DNA from: Magallana gigas
Taxonomy: Eukaryota
Direction: 5' to 3'
DNA: 64,000 nucleotides
Assembly: GCF_963853765.1 (NCBI RefSeq)
Contig: NC_088853.1
Span: 22,258,001-22,322,000 of the forward strand
Below the pieces are notes generated by a model. It searched no databases and had not been told where the DNA came from. It saw nothing but the letters and a program-made list of their open reading frames with translations. How positions within the stretch are numbered: the stretch's first letter is position 1; the number at the start of each line of letters is the position of its first letter. The translations under genes were made by a program, and so were the position numbers. Below are positions 24,531 through 35,371 of this stretch, piece after piece.

Positions 24531-25270
24531 GTAAGTAAGATTTGCTATAGCTGGACTTCTTTTTTCAATCGTGGGTCTACTTGTACATGTATGTATACAC
24601 ACTTGTAAGTTCAATTATTGGGTCACTGTTTAAAACTAGTATATTAGGGTAGTGTTAATTTTATTTTGTTATTTGTGTTCATTGTTCATTAATTGAAAAG
24701 TTAATCAACTGATGTTACATTAATTCATTTTTTTTATATCTAACTTTTTCTAACAACTTTTATTGCTCCTTAATCTAAAACATGTTGTTATGAGACAAAA
24801 TTGATAATTACTTCAGACTGTTTGGCGATCGGATGAGCGGTCAGGCATTTTAATTGTTGAAAGCAAGTATTATAGATTATAAACTATTTATTTTTTATTA
24901 ATATTTCGAACAGAATAAATTGTACTGTTATCAATTCTGTAGAAGTACAATTCATTTATAATTTTTTAAAAATTTTGGCAAGTCTTTTATTCAATTTCAA
25001 AATGTGGAATATTTCAGTATTTTTTTTTTCGTAAGTAAATACATGTGTTTGTTAGCATTGCTTTAATTTTTAAGCAGAAAAATGTATTATAATATAGTTT
25101 GTACAACGAGGTAACAAACCATTCGGGTATTTGGCAATATTACAAGGGATTATGGGTTCAAAATGTGAAGCGATGATATTTCATTTATTCCAAAAGTAAA
25201 AATTTTCATTTAAAAAGACATGTGGACTTATGAGTCCAAGTAAAAGTGAAAAAATGAAAATTCCAATTAA

Positions 25271-26023
25271 GGAGGCCGACTTTAGTTTGCATTGCGCATG
25301 TTTTTGCACATTCTAATATAATACAGTTGATTTATACTTCTTATGAATTTTTTTCGATATCATTTATAAAATCGAACACAATAAACAAAATACAGATAAA
25401 AATATTTAGATTTTTAAAGGAAATTCTTATTTTTAACACGATTTTTTACGTTGTGCGGTAGGGGAGCATTGCCATTGCGCTTTTATGACGTTATGATAAA
25501 ATGAAGCTTTGTAGGAGTACGTTATAAGAAATAACATAAAAGAAAAAGTAAAAATTGTACGCTGTTGAAATTTTATATACAGAATGATGCTATCCTCGAG
25601 GATATTTTCCTCATTTTTGGAATGAATCCATTATACCAATCATCATTCGTGATGATCCAAATATATAGCAAAATTTGCCGCATTTTAATATTTTGAGATG
25701 GCCCCCACTAAAAACCAGACGGTAGAATTTTGTGTTTTTTACATATAAGGTAGGACATGATATTACTAATCATATATAACAATTTGAGAAAAAAAGCTAT
25801 TGTAGTATTTTTTAAAACTGCTTTGATGTGCGGAAAATGACAGTTTCCTATATATTCCTATAGTAAATGTACCTCTATTTTGAGATGGTCCCTAAAATGA
25901 ACCAGACGGTCGATTTTTATGAACCTTCGCAAATAAACTAGAATTGGTTTAAATTACATATGGTTAAAAAATAAAGAGTTATGCTATTGTAGTTTTTCCG
26001 CAAAAAAACCCAAATCGGCCTCC
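25271..26023. mobile_element. 753-bp Kolobok-like MITE with TTAA target duplication in intron 1 of TM2 gene A
   Basis: TTAA-GGAGGCCGACTT...AAATCGGCCTCC-TTAA; the paralogous position in unit B (~32716-32719) has a single TTAA. GG...CC termini with TTAA fit Kolobok rather than piggyBac. Confidence 0.93.
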
Positions 26024-26412
26024 TTAAGCTTTATTTCATATCTATTGATATTTAAACTTATAAAATCAGCAAGTTTTGGCGCTGAATTTAGTGTATATAA
26101 ATTGCACGAAGCTTTACAACAGAGCATTATACATTTAGAAAAATTCTATAAAAATAAGAAATTTGCACAACATTAGGCAGGTACCCAAAATATGAAAAAA
26201 CGTTTGAAAATTTCGAGGTTTTTCCTATAGTAAGTGGCAGCTTTTACGTGCGTGACCCATGTTTGAACCTACTTATGGAATATATTATTTCAAATAGTAA
26301 CGTGGGTTCTACCTACATAAAAATTGCACTGAAAAGGGGCCTATTCTCTATAGCTTCAGTGCACTTGCCCATTTTTTATGAAATACGAGTCACCATGCTT
26401 GTAAATACTCTA

Positions 26413-26470
<58 letters not shown>

Positions 26471-26522
26471 AAACGCGTTTTAATCATAGCATTCAAAGTT
26501 TGTATGTCTGCATTTCAATAGA

Positions 26523-29080
26523 ATGTCTACTGAAAAAGAAACACTACAACGGCGTAGCCAGCCGGTACCAGGGGGACAACAAGCCCCACCAGCCCCACCA
26601 GCTCAGCCCCCATCGGGCTTCCCACCCCACTCACAGGGCGCTAATCCAAACGAGCACATGCCGCCGCCATTACACGGGGCTAACCTTCCATCACAACCAC
26701 AGAACCTACCACAAGGTGGCTATCAACAACAGCCGCAATATATATACCCACAAGTACCACAATACGTTTTGCCCCAGAACCCTTCGTTGTCACAGCAACC
26801 ACCTACGGGATACATTCGTTACAATCTTAACCACCCAGTTATGTTTTGTCCGACGCCAGCTCCACAGAAATCCATTTTAGAGGCGTATATGCTACTGATT
26901 GTGCTAGGCTTATTCGGAGGACACCATTTCTACCTTAGACGTCCTGTATGGGGTATTTTGTACCTTTTTTCCTTCGGATTACTTGGCGCAGGATGGCTGA
27001 TTGATATTTTTAGACTTCCGGTCTTGGTATCACGATGTAATAACGACGCTTCACAACAAAACCCAAACCTAGCTAAGAAAAAGCATTTAGATGACGCATA
27101 TGTGCTCTGGTTTCCAGGCGGTTTTCTAGGTAGGTTTTATTTTAGACAATAGTGTAAGTCATGACTATAGATTTGTTTTACTTTAAAAAGCAATACCATA
27201 TTAAATGGATAAAATATTAATGGGTAAAATACATAAGAAAAATATTCAATAATCTAATAGGAGTAGGCGAGAAGGCATTATATTTACAAGCATAGTAGAT
27301 GGGAAGATAGTATTCTGATAGTAAATTGATTTGATTTATTTTTTGTCAATTAAGTAACGCGATAACAGCGTTAAAATCCTTCTTTTTCTATTCAGGTCTT
27401 CATCATTTCTACTTGAATAACATTGGCCTTGGAGTTCTATATTTGTTTACTTTCGGACTCCTCGGTGTTGGTTGGTTAATTGATGCCTGTCTGATGCCAT
27501 ACCATGTTAAGAAAGCCAACTCAAACATTCCAGATTCAATTGAGAAAAGCGCAGCCGCAACTTGCATCCTAGCTGTTTCTCCTGCGGGACTTCTCGGGGC
27601 TCATCATTACTATTTAAATAGAATCGGGTTCGGGCTTCTGTATACTTTCACTTTCGGTATTTTCGGTGTTGGTTACATTGTTGATTGGTTTCGTTTCCCA
27701 ATCTTACTCGAGCGCTATAACAAAAGTAAAGAAATTGGTCACACTTCTTACAAAAACCTTGATGACGCCTATCTTCTCTGGTTTCCACTCGGACTCCTCG
27801 GGTTTCATCATTTCTACCTAAACAGACCTGTTTGGGGGCTTCTGTACATGTTTACCTTCGGTTTGTTCGGCATTGGGTGGCTGATTGATTTTTGCCGGAT
27901 GTGTAAGTTGGTTGTTAATTGTAACAAAGATATTGTTGAACGAGTGCATCTAACCCGGAATAATCGGAGTGTTGCTTATCCCAACTATATTCCAGGACAG
28001 TATTATGGCAACATGCCGACATCAACAGGTAAGAAAATAAATGTGCATGTTACAAATCGTAATTTTCATCCAATCCACGAAAAGTGATGCTCACAAATAT
28101 TGACGAAACCACAGTATAAACCCTTTCATAAACATGTATAAAACCCATTTTCAGTTTATACATTTATTGCCGTCTTTAAATGCTACGAACTAGTCTATGT
28201 TATCCAAAATATTTCTTCAAGAATGAAAAGATTTCTTTTTGTATTCTATGTTTTACATATTTTAATGGCTTCCCTATCTTAAATCAAGTTGGAGGTCACG
28301 TGCCGGTCAGCTACGGTCAGTTTGGTCCTTGTCCACCGGGATATTCCAACCCAAATCCGGGGATATATCCAACACAACAAAACGGTGAGTTGACAAAAAC
28401 AATAGGTAAATGAAAACAAAATCACTGTTAACAAACATTTTAAGAAAATTGCGAGCATCAAAATGAAGTCGTCGCTAATAGACATTGGCTTTAAGTATCT
28501 GAAATTTACTTAATCGGGAAGATTAAGTGAAATTATCAAAATTAAAAAAAATATGTTGATTGTGTCTTTAAGACAAAGTGTCATGCATGATTTAGGTTCA
28601 TCCTAATTAGGTACTTATGTATGAAGTTATTTTCAAGGTTATGTAAAACTGAAAAGGTACAAAAACTAATTCTTGCAGTCAATATTTAGCAAAACCTTTA
28701 TCTATTTGAGCTGATATTCTACCAATACATACTCATGTAAGAGTATCTTTTTCAGTTTATAAGTAAATCTTTCAACAGTGGATAAAAAGGCGAATACATG
28801 TTAATGTACATATGATTACCGCTAAACTAAGAACGTTTATAGTCCTATATTTCATTCAATTATCTCAACACATCATATTTTTCTTTAAATCTTCTTAAAA
28901 GAGAACAGAAACAAAGGGAAAACACTCTCACTTTGATTGATATATTTTTGAACAGCACATTCAAATATCACATTTAAATATGTTATATTGTCCTTTTTAA
29001 CAGGATATGGTGCAGTTCATGGAATGAATGACCAACCCCCTCCATACGAGGCCGCGTCCATTCCTACCAAAGGTCACTAG
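26523..29080 (+). CDS. Four-TM2-domain membrane protein, copy A; exons join(26523..27129, 27396..28028, 28289..28384, 29004..29080), 470 aa
   Basis: P/Q-rich N-terminus; four repeats of AY.L....G..G.HH(F/Y)YL.....G.LY..(S/T)FG..G.G(W/Y)..D (TM2 pattern); P/G/Y-rich tail with PPGY and PPPY. All introns GT-AG, phase 1; total 1413 nt. Confidence 0.93.
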
Positions 29081-30170
29081 TTCAAAGGTCAAGGTCGCGA
29101 TATAATGGCCTTTATGCAATCGACGTCACTAGCGTCCAAAGTTTGTTTTGGAATTTGTTACAGGTGTATTTGATATTTCTAGGATAAAGAAAGTGTCTGA
29201 ACTTTCTAGTGTGGGAACTTTGTATAATGCATACATCAGCTTTTCTAGCTATATCCGATGTTGAAACTCATTTTATCATCATTTAAAATTATGATTGACG
29301 GACCTGTTGTATTATAGCATGGCTTGTTCAAATTGCTACAAATATGTCTGAGCTAGAAGATAAATATAGCATAGACTTACTTTAAAAAGAAACCTGTTTT
29401 AGAATAAATTGATGTTTTAAAATAGTTTTAATGCATGTTTTTTAAGTACAATAACGATTATATAGCCTATCTGTATGTTACATGTACATTTCGGTTGATA
29501 ATAAAATTGGTTTGTTGTGTTTAATTTACATACTTGTCAGTGTCCTTTAAATATAGGCCTGATATATCTTTACAGCTATATATATATATATATATATATA
29601 TGGATAATTATGCAAATGTCATAATTTCCTAAAGAAGAGATTACTTCCTCAAGTTTTGATAAAGTGGGTTTTATTATCCATGTCATTTTAGTCTTATTGC
29701 CGCCGAATTTACAGAAACCCCTTATGTTCACCGGTTACAGTTTATTCTATTACCCCAACGAAGGAGCCCTTATGCAAGTACATATATATGCAATACTGAA
29801 ATCTGATTGGTTAAGACGCCGTTGATAATCCGTTCTATTACCCCCAGCGTTCGCAACGCACTTAGCAACAGGTAACACAACGAATTGCTACATGAGCGTA
29901 AATTATGCGCATATAGTTCGCCATAGAATTCACTTCATTACTTTATAAAAGCAAAAAAGTGTTCTTTAAATTTAAGACATCCAGTAAAATAAAATAAATT
30001 GTGCCTGTTTATATGTTTAGATGGGTAAGAGTTGAAATTGACTCCCTGAGAAAACCAATGTCAACCGGCGGTACAGAACAGGCACTATTTATACAATACC
30101 TGTGACAGGTGCGTGGTTTGATTTCAAAATTCATTATAAATCGAAAATTCATCTACTTTAGATGAACATG

Positions 30171-30349
30171 CATAAGAGTCGGAAGCGAACGGGCGGGCTA
30201 GACCCCCCCCCCCCTCCTCCCCCATGTAAAGTTATACATAACCATAACCAAAGACCGTTCGGTTTTTGTTTTTTGGGGGGTTTTTTGGTCGAGATTTTTA
30301 ACAAGACTAGAATCCCCCCATACTTTCAATTTTTTTTCCGACGCCACTG
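30171..30349. mobile_element. Poly-G/C MITE (..GTCGGAA / TTCCGAC.. ends); copies at 36462-36639, 56032-56195, 56555-56737
   Basis: Shared short TIRs and G/C homopolymer interiors. Confidence 0.7.
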
Positions 30350-30905
30350 ATATGTATCAACAACACAGTGTGCTTTGGAATATTAGAAAATAGCGGGAAT
30401 TATTTTTATAAACAATTTTTGAAGAAAGAAAAAATAAAACTGAATGTTTAAAATCAGTCATCAATTTGAACTTCTTCTTTTTTTGAGTGAAAACACGATT
30501 GACACAAAAGAGTTCTGTAATTTAAAAATTTTGTCATTTAATCTTTTTCTTATTCATATTTTGTCTACGTTAAAAGTTTTAGAAATAAAGTTTTCTTGCT
30601 TGATAGGCTAATAATATTCACTTTTAATGAAAAGAAAGCAAACAATATGTTCAATGTATATTGTTCCGTCATCTGTTATCTCACAAACTTTGACCATGAA
30701 GCAATGTTATGGTTCTCACTGTTCAAACGTGAATCAGGCTGATACAAATTACTATTAGTCATTTTGACGATATATTCATAGATACATAGATAATGAAGCA
30801 AGTAGATAGCACTTTGTTACAAAAATAAATGTTGACATTTAACCTAATATTTAACAAAATGCTTTAAATCATAACTGACTAATAAAATTATATGGTACTA
30901 GATAA

Positions 30906-31126
30906 CTTTCAGGGTTATTTTCGCCCCGTGTAATTTTTGCCCCGTGTAATTTTCGCCTTTCTACACTTGCCAACAGTTTCCCCCAGTCTTGAATTCGCCC
31001 AGCTATTGGTGTTAAAAAAAATAGAATAGGACACATTGGAATTCGCGTACTCGTAAAATCGCTCAGTGACAACGAGGGCAAAAGGAACGGAAAATAAAAC
31101 GTGGGCGAATATTTCCCTGTATACAG
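30906..31126. mobile_element. MITE with CTGTATACAGGG...TTCGCCC ends, left end decayed; copy at 37196-37416
   Basis: Right end GGGCGAATATTTCCCTGTATACAG inverted relative to left CTTTCAGGGTTATTTTCGCCC; internal CGCCCCGTGTAATTTT repeats. Confidence 0.6.
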
Positions 31127-33189
31127 TTATACATTCATAAGTACATGAAAGACATATGTTTTGCCTAGGACTAGAATGTCTCGAAGTCATTGAATGAATC
31201 GCGTCACGTGACTGCCTTAAATTTCTTTACACGGCGGGCGTCAAAATTTATACGGCAACATGGCGGACGTAACGTTATTTGAGCTGATTTTTTACACAAA
31301 CGTTCAAACATACCTTTCATTCTTAAGCCCCAAAATATTTAGAGTGACCCCCTTTGCCCGTGACGTAAAAAAACGATCTTATATATACAACTGCATCCAG
31401 GTTTGCACAGAAATGTGTAGTGTTGGTAGAGTCTATAGAAGGCTCGGCTCCGCCTTGCCTTCTATGGACTTTACTGACCCCACAAATTTCTGTAAACAGT
31501 CAGTAACAGACCTGATAAGTAATAATGTTGTGTTATCACAATATCAGTGTGGTTTGGCACTATTTTTTTTGAAGTAAGGGCTGGGCCACGAGTCATCATT
31601 CATAGGAATGTTATTTGTAAAACTATACCACAAAGCTTTGCCAAAGATGGCAATTTTGCAATTTTAAAATAAAATCATTCAAATCCAACGAAATCCCAGA
31701 TACGCTATATTAAATATCAAACCAACGAATATACACAAACATTTAAATAACTCTCAACCGAACGATCCGCTCCAGTATTGGATCTCATCACCTGACTGTG
31801 TCGAGTGTCTAAAAATAGACTGTAAACAAAACTATGTCAATATCACGAGTTGGTGACCGAAATCCCGGCGTCTAAGATCAATAGAACCGAACCAATTGTG
31901 ACGTAACGGATCTTGTGACTCCGGTTCTTTGAATAAAACACCTGTGTTTTTGCTGTATGTCTGTCTGTCAGTATCGGATATTAGCCAGGTAAGTAAGATT
32001 TGCTGTATAGCTGGACTTCTTTTGTATTCGTGGGTATATCTGTACATGTATGTAAACACACAAGTTCAATTATTGGGTCACTGTTTGAAACTTGTATATT
32101 AGGGTTGTGTTTAATTTTATTTTGCAATTCTTGTTCATTAATTGAAAAATTAATCAACTGATGTTACATTCATTCATTTGTTTTTTTATATTAAACTTTT
32201 TCTAACAACTTTTATTGCTCCTATATCTATTACATTCAAATGTTAATACATGTTATTATAAGACAAAATTGAATATAACTTCAGACTTAATGAGTGGTGA
32301 AGGAATGAGCGGTCAGGCATTTTAATTGTTCACGCTTATAAATTATATATATTTTTTTATATTTCGAAGAGAATGAATTGTTCTGTTATCAGTTCTGTAG
32401 AAGTACAAATCATTTATAATTTTAAATTTCGGTAAGTCTTTTATCATGTTTCAAAATGTGGAATATTTCAATATATTTTTCGTAAGTAAATATATGTGTT
32501 AGCATTATTTTAATTATTAAGCAGAAAAATGTATTATAATATAGTTTGTATAACGAGGTAACAAAATCATTCGGGTATTTGGCAATATTATAAGGGTTAT
32601 GTGTTAAAAATGTGAAGCAATGATATTTCATTTATTCCAAAAGTAAACATTTTCATTTATAAGGACATGTGCACTTATGAGTCCAAGTAAAAAGTGAAAA
32701 AAATGAAAATTCAAATTAAGCATTATTTTATTTTTATAAATATTCAAACTAAAAGAATCAACAAGTTTTAGCGCTGAATTTAGTGTATAAAAATAGCACG
32801 AAGCTTTAAAACATAGTACGAGTCAGCCGACATTTGTGATTCTATAAAGTAAATCGAGGACAGGTATTCATTTCAAAGTAACTGTTTACTGTCAGACTAA
32901 TCGTGTACAAACTTGTGGAAAAGACAAAAGACGCATTATACATTTAGAAAACTCCTGTGAAAAAAAGTTTGCACAACATTAGGCAGGTACCCAGCATATA
33001 AAAAAACCGTATAAAAAATTCGATGCAGCTTTTACGTGCGTGACCCATGTTTGAACCCACTTATGGAATAAATTATTTCAAATAGTAACGTGGGTTATAC
33101 CTACATAAAAATTGCACTGAAAAGGGGCTCGTTCTCTACAGCTTAAGTGCACTTGCTTTTTCATATGAAATAAGAGTCAACATGCATGT

Positions 33190-33253
<64 letters not shown>

Positions 33254-33305
33254 AAACGCGTTTTAATCATAGCATTCAAAGTTTGTATGTCTGCATTTTA
33301 ATAGA

Positions 33306-35371
33306 ATGTCTACTGAAAAAGAAACACTACAACGGCGTAGCCAGCCGGTACCAGGGGGACAAGAAGCCCCACCAGCCCAGCCCCCATCGGAATTCACACC
33401 CAACCCACAGGGCGCTAATCCAAACGGGCACCTGCCGCCACCATTACACGGGGCTGACCTTCCATCACAACCACAGAACCTACCACAAGGTGGCTATCAA
33501 CAACAGCCACAATATATATACCCACAAGTACCACAATACGTTTTGCCCCAGAACCCTTCGTTGTCACAGCAACCACCTACGGGATACATTCGTTACAATC
33601 TTAACCATCCAGTTATGTTTTGTTCGATTTTTTTTGTCAATTAAGTAACGCGATAACAGCGTTAAAATCCTTCTTTTTCTATTCAGGTCTTCATCATTTC
33701 TACTTGAATAACATTGGCCTTGGAGTTCTATATTTTTTTACTTTCGGACTCCTCGGTGTTGGTTGGTTAATTGATGCCTGTCTGATGCCATACCATGTTA
33801 AGAAAGCCAACTCAAACATTCCAGATTCAATTGAGAAAAGCGCAGCCGCAACTTGCATCCTAGCTGTTTCTCCTGCGGGACTTCTCGGGGCTCATCATTA
33901 CTATTTAAATAGAACCGGGTTCGGGCTTCTGTATACTTTCACTTTTGGTATTTTCGGTATTGGTTACATTGTTGATTGGTTTCGTTTCCCAATCTTACTC
34001 GAGCGCTATAACAAAAGTAAAGAAATTGGTCACACTTCTTACAAAAACCTTGATGACGCCTATCTCCTCTGGTTTCCACTCGGACTCCTCGGGTTTCATC
34101 ATTTCTACCTAAACAGACCTGTTTGGGGGCTTCTGTACATGTTTACCTTCGGTTTGCTCGGCATTGGGTGGCTGATTGATTTATGCCGGATGTGTAAGTT
34201 GGTTGTTAATTGTAACAAAGATATTGTTGAACGAGTGCATCTTACCCGGAATAATCGGAGTGTAGCTAATCCCAACTATATTCCAGGACAGTATTATGGC
34301 AACATGCCGACATCAACAGGTAAGAAAATAAATGTGCATGTTACAAATCGTAATTTTCATCCAATCCACGAAAAGTGATGCTCACAAATATTGACGAAAC
34401 CACAGTATAAACCCTTTCATAAACATATATAAAACCCATTTTCAGTTTATACATTTATTGCCGTGTTTAAATGCTACGAACTAGTCTATGTTATCCAAAA
34501 TATTTCTTCAAGAATGAAAAGATTTCTTTTTGTATTCTATGTTTTACATATTTTAATGGCTTCCTTATCTTAAATCAAGTTGGAGGCCACGTGCCGGTCA
34601 GCTACGGTCAGTTTGGTCCTTGTCCACCGGGATATTCCAACCCAAATCCGGGGATATATCCAACACAACAAAACGGTGAGTTGACAAAAACAATAGGTAA
34701 ATGAAAACAAAATCACTGTTAACAAACATTTTAAGAAAATTGCGAGCATCAAAATGAAGTCGTCGCTAATAGACATTGGCTTTAAGTATCTGAAATTTAC
34801 TTAATCGGGAAGATTAAGTGAAATTATCAAAATTAAAAAAAATATGTTGATTGTGTCTTTAAGACAAAGTGTCATGCATGATTTAGGTTCATCCTAATTA
34901 GGTACTTATGTATGAAGTTATTTTCAAGGTTATGTAAAACTGAAAAGGTACAAAAACTAATTCTTGCAGTCAATATTTAGCAAAACCTTTATCTATTTGA
35001 GCTGATATTCTACCAATACATACTCATGTAAGAGTATCTTTTTCAGTTTATAAGTAAATCTTTCAACAGTGGATAAAAAGGCGAATACATGTTAATGTAC
35101 ATATGATTACCGCTAAACTAAGAACGTTTATAGTCCTATATTTCATTCAATTATCTCAACACATCATATTTTTCTTTAAATCTTCTTAAAAGAGAACAGA
35201 AACAAAGGGAAAACACTCTCACTTTGATTGATATATTTTTGAACAGCACATTCAAATATCACATTTAAATATGTTATATTGTCCTTTTTAACAGGATATG
35301 GTGCAGTTCATGGAATGAATGACCAACCCCCTCCATACGAGGCCGCGTCCATTCCTACCAAAGGTCACTAG
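33306..35371 (+). pseudogene. TM2 gene copy B with internal deletion; segments 33306..33627 (fused to an intron remnant), 33687..34319, 34580..34675, 35295..35371
   Basis: Relative to copy A, ~26854-27334 is missing (first TM2 repeat, half of the second and the splice donor). As assembled, the first frame stops at 33642-33644 (112 aa); the downstream exons are intact with no stops. Confidence 0.8.

Noticed and set aside
26248-26880. 210-aa ORF overlapping TM2 gene A, and 33283-33648 in copy B
   Set aside because: Alternative frame of a C-rich exon plus a (CT)n tract; starts in the intron and has no recognisable features.
30869-31577. ORFs repeated identically at 37159-37867
   Set aside because: They lie in MITE and flank sequence and recur only because of the segmental duplication.
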